Of a stretch of DNA of 43,357 bases, positions 10,170 through 21,479 are shown piece after piece. The stretch comes from Trichosphaerium sp. ATCC 40318 (taxonomy: Eukaryota > Protista > Tubulinea), in assembly GCA_038496445.1 (NCBI GenBank), contig JALMLS010000406.1, forward strand, positions 1-43,357, given 5' to 3'. The translations under genes were made by a program, and so were the position numbers. Each line of letters begins with the position of its first letter. The first letter of the stretch is position 1. The notes beneath the pieces are model-generated. The model did not search any database, was not told the DNA's origin, and worked only from the letters and a program-made list of their open reading frames with translations.

Positions 10170-13026
10170 CTACTTCGATGGCACAGTAGTTCTTGAACGT
10201 CGCTTTTTAACTCTCAGATTTGGTGTCATTGGTGCTGTCAACGGTTGAGAGGATCGCTTTGGCATAAATTTCCTTCTGGTACTTGGCATTGGTTGAGCCT
10301 TGTGTACGAGTCTTTTACGCAACTCACGAATCTCTCTGCGTTCACGTTCCTTTACAAAAAATGTCAACATTGAAAAAATTGTGAAAAACAACTGTCTACT
10401 CGTCAGCGTTGCAAGTAAAAGCGCCTACGCCAAAAAAAAAAATGATGATAGAAAAAAAGTTTGTAAAGATTCGTACCAATTGTATGACACGGCGTTTTCG
10501 TTCTAGCTCTTGCATGGCGAGTTCTTTCTCCAATTTCTTGTTCTCATATTGTTGTCTCTTTCTGGCGCGAATATCCGAGTTTAAGGAAATGTTGAGTACG
10601 TTTGTCAATGGCAGCTTCTTCTTTGGAATTACATGCTTCGCCTTCAATATAGGATGAGCCTTGAAATTACGTTCTTCGCGTTTTCTTTGCTCTTCTTGCG
10701 ATAGACGCTCTTTGAACTTCTCTTGCTTTACAGCTCCCTTCTCTTCAGTATGAAGACGGAAAGGTTTTGGTGCAGTACAAACCAATTCAACTGCGTTGTA
10801 GTTTGGCTTCTAAAAATACAATCAGGCGACACGAATTACAACAAAAGCCAAAAAATCAAGAAAATAAAAGGAATCCTTAAATCGTTGTGCTACTGACTTT
10901 GCCAGTCGTTAATTATTCACAAAAAAATGAATAAAATAATATAAACAAGTGAAATTTGATGAAGCGTACGAATGGCGAAACAACCAATATAGGGTTTGAC
11001 TTGAAGTTTCTAGCTTCCTCTAATTGTTGCTCTTCTTCTTTGAGCTTTTGTTCAAAGGTGGCCACGTGTTGGTGACCTCTGACTTTAGTCTTCAAAGCAG
11101 GTGTAGCTGGCTCTGTAAGACGTGTAACACTTCTTTGTGGCCTGAACGGAGAAGCCATTGGCATTGGTTGGGCTCTAAATGGTCTAGGTTTTGGTGCAAT
11201 ATCCTCAACAATGGCTGGTTCCCTTTTTTGTACCGCGTTAGTAAACGTAAATTGAGTTCTTGTCATTTTACCTGTGCGCTGATCTATTCTTGGTACTCAA
11301 CATAGGAGTTATTGGTACTGTTGGAACAAGAGGTGGAGAAGGCTCAGGTGAGCAATCAAATAGCTATAAACAATATTAGTACAACAACAAAAAAAAGCGA
11401 TGTATTCTACTTACATCGCGTTTTGGAATAGATGGCTGTGGCGATTCGTAATCTCTTCTGCTCTTGGCACGAGATGCAGTTGCAAAGCGAGGAGTTTTTG
11501 GTTGGGTTAGTGGTAGGGGCTCTACACGTGGTACGCCAATTTCGCCTCCATCGAGAATCTAAGATAAAGGTTAGCTTACGACATTCAAAGGTGACAGGTT
11601 GCGAGTAAACTGAACTTACTCTTCTATTGAGTGGAAGCGCTTTGAAGTGAGTGACAACCTCTTCTTCCTCTTGTGGCTCCATTTCGTAGCGAATACGTTG
11701 GTGTGTATGAAAGTCAAATTCGACAGGTTCTGTGAGTACACTGTAATCTACAAATAACGTATTAGGAAAACAGTTGAGAACGATAAACAAAAGTACCTCG
11801 GTATGGTGATTGTGGTGGCGAAGGCTCATAACCGGGACGGTTAGAATTAAATCTATGTGGTGTTTTTTCCCACTCCTTCATACGATTCTTCAATGACACA
11901 AATGGTGACTGAAAAAAGAAGTTAGAGTGATAGAAAGAGCAACAACAAAGTCTAAAGACATACGGCGACAACTTCTGGTTTAGGGCGTAGGTTAGCACGT
12001 TCAGCAACACGGAACTCGAAGCCAACTGGATCAGTAAGACCAATAGGCGTAGGTGGTTCGGAGAGCTCTTCTGTTGGACTGTGTTCAGGTGTACGTGGCG
12101 CTCTACGGCCAAATCGTCTGTCCATTACGAATTGAGGAGAGTGTGGTTGTGTGAGACCAATAGGCGTTGGAGGCTCGGATTCACAAGGTCGATGTTCTGG
12201 AGTCATAGGTGGTTTTGGTCCAAATCTTTTGTCGGTGTAGAAAACTGGAGAAACAGGTTCTGTGAGCGGTTGAGTCGACCTACAAAAAAAAAGTAAGTCA
12301 GTACAAAGGTAAGAGATCTACAAAATAGTAACGCGAGGCTCCTCCACAATGAGGCTTTTTGTACGCGAAAAACAAACCGTTTACGCACTTTACTGGTCCA
12401 ATATAATCAGCTGCGCACAGCGCCCGTTGTTTTCTTATCTGAGCTTCCATTCGCTCTTGTATTATTCTTTCTTCTTCTTCTCTGATGAGTGCTGCTTCTC
12501 TTTCCTGTGCCTTTTTGTTTTCTTCAATGGCGCGTCTAAAAAAGAAATACGTTACACGGATACAACTTCAATTCTACAAAACAAGCTTTTTTTTTTGCCT
12601 GCGTGTGGTGGTATGGCAAGAAGCGTACTTTGCTGTCCGTAAGTGTGGTGTGACAGGTATTGTATTTTCTGGCTGTTGGTCATGGTATCTTACAGTGGCG
12701 GAAAACGAGTCGTCTGGCGTTGGTAATGGTAGCGCTTGTTTAATATTCAGCTGGCGTAACTCTTCTTCAACTCCTTGCGTTTTTTCTACAGCCTCGTTAA
12801 TAACAATCTATTGGGCTCTAATACGCTAAATAAATTTGTCCAAAAGCCAATGAAGCGGGTTTTGATGAGTTTGGATAGTGGTGTGGCGTTTTGATCGCCA
12901 ACGCATTGTATACGTACCAAACCACTCGTCACGATTTGCCTCTGTCTTGGCGTCAAAATCGTGGTACATGGGTGCGTCAAAGAACTCATAGTCCAGGTCC
13001 ACGTAGGGTTTTGCGGAATCAGTCAT
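10170..13026 (-). CDS. TPX2: TPX2 (targeting protein for Xklp2) spindle-assembly factor, multi-exon
   Basis: N-terminal Aurora-A-binding motif VDLDYEFFDAPMYHDF. Repeated FKA(Q/H)P motifs and LTEPVEFDFHT. C-terminal ELRKRLVHKAQPMP...SSQPLTAPMTPNL. Internal duplicated TPEH..EPPTPIGLT segments. Confidence 0.9.
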
Positions 13027-13079
13027 TTTGCTATTCGTGGGGGGTTAAAAGTGTTAAATTATTGTTTTGTTTTGGTTGG

Positions 13080-13105
13080 TAACCGCTATTTGAAAAAGGC
13101 GGTTA
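13080..13105. promoter_or_regulatory. Candidate cell-cycle element in the TPX2/DTWD1 bidirectional promoter
   Basis: Inverted TAACCGC...GCGGTTA (Myb-like sites) flanking TTTGAA (CHR-like), in a 165-bp divergent intergenic region. Confidence 0.35.
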
Positions 13106-13191
13106 TTTTTTGACTGTGTTTGATTTTTATTTTTATACGTACTCGGCCAAAACAGCGTTACAGTACTTAATTCAACCGGTTATTTGGAAAA

Positions 13192-14226
13192 ATGGCGTCT
13201 GCGCCAATGACGGGACAGCCAAACAGTAAGTATGATAGAAATGTAAACATCATTAACATAAATAACACAAAATAACGTGCTACATAGCTACAGACGTGTT
13301 CTCAGAACTTAATATAGCCTCACATGCACCTCTTGATCAGGCTACAGAGAGGATTATTGTACAAATCGACGTAACATGTGTATTACAACTAATACGCGAC
13401 ACTAGTGTCCGACCTGCAATAGCAAACGCAAATATTTCTGCTTTAAATGTAATACAAATATAATTCCTAATTTCGTGCTCCCACGCGTAGAGTTACCATT
13501 AAACGTGGATATGTACGTGAATTAAACAAAAATTGCATCTAACACCAGCAGTCTACGGTCACCTCAAGAGCCTCTTAGTAAAACGACATCTGTACACGGT
13601 ACATTGCTTTCTCCGGATCACATATCCGTTGTAAATTACCCAAATATGCCTGAATATAATCCAGAGGAAGTTGTAGTTCTCTTCCCTTCAGAGGTACAAA
13701 GAACAAAATGTGTCAAATGATTGTGTTTTACTGTCAATTTTTTTTTCGGGTTACACTTGTCACAAACGTTCTCTCTTTCTTCTTTTCACTTGTTTTATAG
13801 GACGCTAAAAGCGTGAGCGACGTAGTCAATATGGAAAAACTGAAAACAGTGATATTTATTGACTGCCAATGGCATTCTGTTGGGCAGTTCTTACGCGATG
13901 AGAGAATAATTAATCTACCACATGTAAAAATCACATCAAAGCAATCTTATTATTGGCGTTATCACCATAGGAATAAAGGTCAAGTAGAGGATTGTCTTTG
14001 CACCATCGAAGGTACCCAAGGCATTCTTGATAAGCACCACATTAACAACATAAAATTAGCGATCTATCATTTTTTTTGTGAATATCACAAGCACAAGATT
14101 GGCGATTATGATGGCTCATATGATAATCTGTTGTACTATTTTTCTTATTTTTACAGGCTAATACAGAACCGCTACAAAGCCAGTGGCAAAGACTTTTCCA
14201 AGATTAAAGGTTGGCTAAAGAAGTAG
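13192..14226 (+). CDS. DTWD1: DTW-domain tRNA-uridine aminocarboxypropyltransferase 1-like, multi-exon
   Basis: Spliced protein contains RKYFCFKC, ELPLNVDI, E..SKTTSVH, VLFPSEDA, VIFIDCQW (DTW motif variant), YWRY, LCTIEAIY and YDNLLYYFSY, as in DTWD1 proteins. Confidence 0.88.
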
Positions 14227-14351
14227 AGATAAAAGAAAATAAATAAAAACAAAACAATTGTAAAGTACACAGGTTTGAGTATATTTTTAGAGCACGTAAA
14301 CAATTAAATCTTCACGTGCTGCTTTGGTTGTTCTATTTACATTATCTAATG

Positions 14352-14416
14352 CGGAATTTGTACATCAGCAAAACGGAATCCTCGTAGGTTTATCTGTATC
14401 GCTTCATTTGCACCCG
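14352..14416 (-). promoter_or_regulatory. Type-II SECIS element (3'UTR)
   Basis: Minus strand reads CGGGTGCAA-ATGAA-GCGATACAGAT-AAA-CCTACGAGG-ATTCCGTTTTGC-TGAT-GTACAAATTCCG. This fits AUGA-N12-AA-N23-GA, with a paired helix II, an apical mini-stem CCU/AGG and a lower helix. Confidence 0.85.
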
Positions 14417-14433
14417 GTTTAACCGATCAGACT

Positions 14434-14869
14434 TTAGCTAAAGGGGTTGTCAAAAAAAAAAAAAGTCAATTTCAAAGAGTTACCTTTTGTGGGCCACAAG
14501 GACCACAACAATGATTATAATGATTACAAAATTAAACCCACAGATGGGTAGAATGTACTTTCTGGCAAGATATTAGGTTTAGAGTGCTTTTATAACAAGA
14601 CGTACGAGTATCATTTTATTTCGCTCCATACGAACTCCCAATCAACCTTTTAGGCGTCAGACGTCTTTTTAATACCATTTGGTTTTTACAAATGAAAATT
14701 CGTACGCAATTTGTTGACACCGGTTTCTTTTCTCCGATATCGATCACCACGCTTTGAGAGTCGCTGTTTTCGCTCTGTAGAAGAGCTTTGTCTTCTTCAC
14801 ACTTACCGTTGCGTCAAGTGCCTATCAAATTGATTACAAAAACGGTGTTGTTGACGAATACGTACTCAT
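14434..14869 (-). CDS. Predicted novel 80-aa tail-anchored selenoprotein with two UGA-Sec codons
   Basis: Exons 14869-14866, 14821-14706, 14646-14606, 14561-14484 and 14437-14434 (GT-AG introns of 44, 59, 44, 46 nt). Protein: MSTURNGKCEEDKALLQSENSDSQSVVIDIGEKKPVSTNCVDWEFVWSEIKUYSKYILPICGFNFVIIIIIVVVLVAHKS*. TGA at 14814-16 and 14611-13. The SECIS core starts 27 nt after the TAA. Confidence 0.8.
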
Positions 14870-14971
14870 GCTTGTTTACGAGTGGTTAAATGCCGCTGAT
14901 TTGTTTTTCCGATTAAGCGACATAATTTTTACGCCAGCACTTATCAAAACGCGCACACAAGTAAAAGCGGA

Positions 14972-16294
14972 ATGTCTTTGTATCATTTATGTTGTGGCTT
15001 GGTTTTACTGAGCTTCTTAGTTCCGCTTTTAGCGTTAACTCAAGGGGAACAGGTATTTCTTTTTTGATAATTGCAAAAGTTTGTACACTTGCAATACAAA
15101 TATTCATATGCTCTTGGGGTTAATTCGTTGATACAGGAGAACCTGTGTACATTTAGAGCGAGGCTTTCTAATCCACCCGCTAATTGGCTTTGTACTGGTT
15201 CAGTACCAACGAGCGATGGTTGTACGTGGACTGGGATAACGTGTAATGCAACAAACATTATGAGCGTGTAAGTAGTACACTATCGCATTCTACAATCTTA
15301 TTTACGCACAGCAATCTCACAAACCTTGCCCTTTCTGGTTCTTTAGATACAGAATCGATCCAAAACATGACAAAGCTCACTACTCTGTACGTATAGCAAA
15401 TGGAACCGTACACAACATATAACTAACGCGAAAAACAGCGATCTTTCACACAATAGTTTCTTTTTTACCTTTCCAAGTGGTCTTGGTAACACACTGTTGG
15501 AGGAGTTGTACGTGGGAGCACAATTGGTACTCAATTCCTTTTGATAACAAAACGAAAAATAGGAATGTACAAAATAACTCTTTTTCTGGTCCTATCCCTG
15601 ATGATCTTCCTACTACTCTTAAAGTGCTCAACATGGGTGATAACCAATTCGATGGAGAGCTACCTTCATCTCTTTTCGGCCTTGTGAATCTCGTAGAATT
15701 GTACATTACAACAACTAGTGATCATAACTAATGTATTCAATTAGGGACTTGTCCAGCAACGCGTTTTCTTCAGACGACGCCTTAGTAGTACCTTCAGAGA
15801 TCTCAAACTTCCAGCAGTTGACATTATTGTACGTACAAAGAGTAGAAAGCGCCGAAATAAGTGCACAACTCGTCGTTTTTTCAATCAGCATAACTTTCAT
15901 TTTTCTCACCATTTTTTCAAGAGACTTGAGTGATAATACTTTCGAGGGTTGTCTACCCGAATCAATGGAAAAACTCACTCTCATCACCACGTGGTACTTT
16001 CTTTTTTGCGCTATGTTCGTCGTTCTTGGGTTTTTTTTGACGTAGTTGTATAGCGACTTATCGACCAACAGTTTGAACTGTGGTTGCGAGAGCAAGTTTG
16101 TACCAGATTCGTGCACACTTGACGCCAGACATTGCGACAGTACGTTTTTTATATTAATCTTTCAAAAAAATGATCGAAAAAACAAATTTGCATCGCTGAC
16201 TGATTACATAGTTGATGCACCAACGATTATCTTGATTCTATTAGCACCTGTAACACTCATTGGCCTTTGCTTCGTCGGCGTATTTTTGGCTTAG
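14972..16294 (+). CDS. Membrane-anchored LRR protein (signal peptide, plant-type LRRNT, ~6 LRRs, C-terminal TM)
   Basis: Signal MSLYHLCCGLVLLSFLVPLLA. LRRNT NW...DGCTWTGITC. LxxNxFSGPIP / LxMGDNQFDGELP repeats. C-terminal hydrophobic IILILLAPVTLIGLCFVGVFLA. The 3' end is uncertain. Confidence 0.82.
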
Positions 16295-16651
16295 ACATTT
16301 TATAACAGTAAAGACCTCATTGTCTACATCTGCTTCGTTAATATATTTTTTTAAAACCTCATAAAAAAGATGGTGCGATGGAATTACTCTGCTTGTGGTT
16401 GGGCGACTATTCAAGTAACAGTAACAAAACGCTAATTTTTAGCCTTGACATACGTGTGCGAAGGTTCCTGGAGGAGCTAGAGACTTAAAATCCGAGATAT
16501 TTGTGAATTTTCCTTAGGTTTGAAAGTGTCAAAATTTGACAGGCAAATGCTTACATTTCTCGAACTATTTTCCTGTTTCTGACTTGAACTATCTTCAAAA
16601 AACTAGATTGTCTTGCTATCAACAACATCTCTGTGTCAGTTATACTAGCCA

Positions 16652-19600
16652 ATGTACATACGTTAATGTTGGCAACACTGAGTCGTTTCTAGGACTACAT
16701 CAAGCATACTTGGATTCCCTAGGATTGGAAGAAAGCGACAGCTAAAGTGGTGGCTTGAAAAGTGCTGGAAGAACAAGCTCTCACCTACAGACCTCAAGCT
16801 AAAAGTAGATACGTTAAAATCGTCTCATTGGAGTATCATACGCAATGCTGGTATCACGCACATCCCAAGCAACGACTTCTCTTTGTGTACGCCCAGTAAC
16901 TGCGGTGTATTTTAACAATGTACTTACTATGGTGTTTGTTAGATGACCACGTTTTGGACATGTGCGTTACGCTTGGAGTAATCCCAAAGAGGTACAAATG
17001 GACCAAAGGCGATCCTGTAACTACTGAGCTGTACTTTGAGATGGCCAGAGGCAAAACCGGTGAGGTATCAGCAGAGTTTAATAAGGTTTTGTAGTAATTG
17101 TGATTTTAGAAACGCCTACCGGCTATGCAAATGACAAAGTGGTTTGACACAAACTATCACTACATCGTACCTGAATTGTCCTCCTCCACTGAATTCACAC
17201 TGTGCGCTGATGTTATTCTGGATAATTTCCGTAAAGCACGTGATCAAGGGATAGTCACCAGGCCAGTTCTATTAGGCCCAGTTTCGTTTTTGTCTCTTGG
17301 TCGGAGCACAGAAGGCAAGCTAGACTTTGTAACACTCACTGAAAAACTTGTACCTGTTTACACAGAGCTATTTGGTATTCTAGAAAAAGAAGGTGTCGAT
17401 TGGATTCAAGGTAATGATCTGACCATCAATTTTTTAAACTAACGCAACGCGTAGTTGATGAACCAATTCTAGCTTTGGATCTCGAACAATGGCAAAAGGT
17501 ATCTATCCGCTGATACGCCTCTCAACACTCCTGTTGATTTTTTAGCGTTTGTGGTTCTTATTTTTTCCGGAGGATGCCCTTGTTTCTGCTTACAAAAGCC
17601 TGTCCTCATCTGCGTTGAGAATCATGCTGACAACGTATTTTGGTCCTTTGGGAGACAACTTGAGTATAGCTACCGCATTACCTGTTGCTGGACTACACGT
17701 CGATGTGACGCGTGCATCAGAAGAATTAGATGACGTAGTTAAAGCAATAGGCGATAGCATGGTACTTTCACTTGGTGTAGTAGACGGAAGGAACGTTATG
17801 AAGCAAGATCTGAGATCTGTACGCTTTGTCTACACTGTTTATTTAAATTCTAACACCATGATTGTAGATGTACAACGTGTGTGCTAAGGTTGTAGACGCT
17901 ATTGGCAAAGAACGTGTTGTTGTATCATCGAGCTGTTCTCTTCTTCATGTACCAATCGACTTGGGTGCGTAGTCTTTTCAGCAGTCTGTTATTTATATCA
18001 ATTGTAGATAGCGAAACAAGGTTAAACAATGACGTCAAGCAGTGGCTCAGTTTTGCTGTACAAAAGCTGGATGAGATATCTCTTCTCACCAAGGCGCTTA
18101 ACGAAGGTATGTTAGAAGATGAAGCTTCACTTTGGAAGAGTAAATCTTGCTTACTCTGTTACTAGGTCTTGAAGCTCACAAAGATGCTTTTGATGCCAAT
18201 GAACGCTTCATCGAAAACAGAGCTACTTCTTCACTTATAAACAACGTGACTGTAAAGGAGCGAGTGTCCAACATAGATGCTTCTTTTTTGAGGTAAACGG
18301 AATATTGATAGTTGAACACTTACAATTGTACAGCCGCAAGAGCTCGTTTGCCGATAGGAAGGCATGTCAAGCACAAAAGTTGAATTTACCTTTGTTTCCA
18401 ACAACAACAATTGGTTCATTCCCTCAAACAGCACGTGTCCGTTCTATGAGAAGTAAGTCAATCAAGAAAGCGATATCTGAAGAAGACTATCAAAAGTTTC
18501 TTGGAGATGAAGTGAAGGCTTGTATCGAGAAACAAGAGGAGATTGGTTTGGATGTACTTGTTCATGGTGAATTTGAAAGAAATGACATGGTACTTAGTGT
18601 TGAAATGTTGTTTTTAAATTGGGTATAGGTTCAATATTTCGGCCAAGCACTTGACGGAGTCACTGTAACGTCTCAAGGTTGGGTACAAAGGCAAGTCATT
18701 TGTTGTTTTTTTGTTGTTTCTCGGAAAGTTCAAGGCGTCTTACATCTATTGTCTAGTTATGGATCTCGCTGTGTCAGACCACCGATTATCTATGGAGATG
18801 TTTCTCGCAGTAAACCAATGACTGTTAGTTGGACAACTTTTGCACAGAAGCTAAGCGATAAACCTGTAAAAGGTACAGTTGCATCGGTTGTTGTCACTGT
18901 GCATTCTAATTAACCATAGGTATGCTCACTGGACCTATCACCATATTACAATGGTCATTTGTACGGAGCGACATTCCAAGAGCAGAAGTATGCCAACAAA
19001 TTGCGTTAGCAATTCGCGATGAAGTAGAGGATCTTCAAAACGCAAACATCAAGGTATGCTACAATGTTCCTGATTACAACACCTTTGCGCTCTTTTTAGG
19101 CTAACCACAGGGTTTTAGATCATACAGGTTGACGAACCTGCTCTTCGAGAAGGTTTACCTCTTCGTAAGGCCAAATGGAAGGCTCATATGAGATGGGCGG
19201 TAGATTGTTTCAAAATAGCATGTGGAATTGCTAGAGACGACACTCAAGTACGCTTCATCAGCTAGACACATGTTCATTAATTTATGTATGTAGATTCACA
19301 CGCATATGTGTTATAGTGACTTCAACTCTATCATCGAGAGCATTGCTGAGCTTGACGCTGATGTTATATCAATTGAAACGTCAAGAAGTCACATGGAACT
19401 TTTAAAGATTTTCGAGTCCTACAAGTACGCCCTTGTAAAACTTCTTTGCGCTCTTCCACTAACACATTTTGTTTTAAAAATTAGGTACCCTAATGATATT
19501 GGTCCTGGTGTGTACGATATTCATTCCCCTGCTATTCCAGATGAAGAACAAATGAAGGGTTTGATAAAAAAAGCGCTGACTTACATTGACGCATCGCAAA

Positions 19601-19722
19601 TTTGGGTGAATCCTGACTGTGGATTAAAGACTCGGTCTTGGAATGAAGTTGTACCAGCACTTGAAAACCTCGTCAATGTTGCTAAGTATTTACGCAAACA
19701 CCACACAACAAAGACGGAGTGA
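16652..19722 (+). CDS. metE: Cobalamin-independent methionine synthase, many introns
   Basis: [112 protein letters not shown] and [11 protein letters not shown]. Ends in TGA. Confidence 0.97.
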
Positions 19723-19785
19723 AAAACAAAAGTACAAAAAAAAAACCAAAGAAAACAAAACAAGAAATAAACAGGAATATCCATT

Positions 19786-21360
19786 TTATGCATTTGCGTA
19801 TAATTCTTTGAGTACTTTTTGGGCTTGCTTGTTCTGTGGTGTAAAACTCGAGTCAGTGGCACCACCTTCATTAGGATTTGTCCACCATATCCACCTACAT
19901 GCCATAAATTAAGAAAAATCACGTGTACGTTCAACGTACCAGAAGATACCTTTCCACCAAGGTTCAGGGTGAAATGACTCAAAAGCGGCCTATTTATCAC
20001 GTTGTAAGTAACAGCTTTGTGGTTTGGTAAATGTACCCTGTAGCACAATGCTTGTTGAGTTTCGTTGATAGGGAAAGTAGTATTGAACCACGCTGGATGT
20101 ACTGCTGATGAAACTATACTACGATAACCAATCTCTGTAAATATAATGTCCTTGTTCCACTTTTTTGAAACGTCACCTAACGCTGTTAAAAAAGAAATAA
20201 CGAAGTACAATGAGCAGAATGTTTGGTTTTGTTTGTTGATTTACCCAAGTGAGATACTATTGGTTTCCAACCCTCAATGAGATCTTGGTAAGTAGGCATA
20301 GCGTTTTTTGTGAGGTAGTAGTAAGCATCAACACCTTTATAACATAATTAGTGAGCGCCCTGAAGATGTAAACTGAAAGATCATGCCTAAAATATCTAAA
20401 GCATCTAGCCACTTTACAGTTTCAAGTTCTCCACCCAAACTACTGCTCTCAGTCTAAAGGCTGTAAGCGCTTGATATTGTTTTTATAAGCATCGTACATC
20501 TCCGTTGATTGGTGGTAGCGCTTGATACTTTGTTCCCCAGTTTGCAGCGTATGTCACAGTACCAGAATATACGTTTCGTACTGCAGCAATGATCTCCCTT
20601 TTTTGGTAACTGTTAGCAAAGTTACACGTGAGTAAAAGTACCTCCACTCTTTCTCATGTGAAGATGCAGTAATCATCTCCACACCAACGCTGAACTGCTC
20701 AGTCTTAACGCTAAGCAATGAATCGTTAACCAACAAAGTAATACTCCAAAAACTTTTCGTAAAAGCATGAAAAACAATAGACGTAAAACTTGTATTGATA
20801 CCTTTCTGCAAGTTTTGCCATGTGAAGAATAAAGTGTGTATAGCTCGCGAACCATTCCTTCCATTCTTCATCAGTGAAGTAGCTACCAATAAGAGCTCTC
20901 CAAGTACCACTAAAACGGTAAAAATTAACAAAACAAGACGAACATTTAAACCAGTTTTAACCCAAAACAAAACCAACAAACCACGTGCTCTTTAACATCA
21001 AGGTGAGGCTTCAGCATAATCTTGACGCCTTTTGCGTGTGCGTATCTAATTAAACCAACAATCGATTCATCTGTTGATGTTGAGCCTTGTATTGGGTGTA
21101 CTAGTGACTATTAATCGAATAGAACCATTTGGAGGCGTACCATCAGTGTCGTTAATTGTGTCAACAAACCATGAAGCTCGCACTGCTAACCAATCAATGT
21201 TGGTGTTTATCATATTCTCCAATGATGTTTTAGACTCTTCTGAGTCGAATGGCACAATGTTGCTATAACCGTCGGTGTATGACATTCCTTTTTGAAAGGG
21301 AGTGCTCAAACATGACGAAACAGCGATAAAACAAGCAACTACAACAAGTAAGCGCAACAT
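19786..21360 (-). CDS. Secreted glycoside hydrolase family 113-like (beta-mannanase-type TIM barrel)
   Basis: Signal peptide, then QKGMSY, AHAKGVKIMLKPHLD..DGTWRA, WFASY, FSVGVE, VYSGTVTYAANW, DALDILGVDAYY, IIFTEIGYRS, Q..CY.A, WWKGIFWWIW and FTPQNK. Confidence 0.85.
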
Positions 21361-21479
21361 TGCGGTCTTTGTGTCAAACTGTTAAAAGCGTTGACTTTCA
21401 TTTTGTACTGGCTTATTGATTTAACCGCCAGTTACAATATATGTGTAGCTACGATGCGTAGGGCTTATGTGATCGAAGC

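Noticed and set aside
14434-14869. Genome-wide UGA=Trp recoding as the explanation for the in-frame TGAs
   Set aside because: Trp codons checked in metE, GH113 and the MORN gene are TGG, metE ends in TGA, and a SECIS explains the local readthrough.
16300-16650. Cobalamin riboswitch upstream of metE
   Set aside because: No B12-box or conserved core is visible, and this riboswitch class is not established in eukaryotes.
19581-20210. 209-aa minus-strand ORF overlapping the metE 3' end
   Set aside because: Only its first part is a GH113 exon. The spliced gene shifts frame and stops at 19786.
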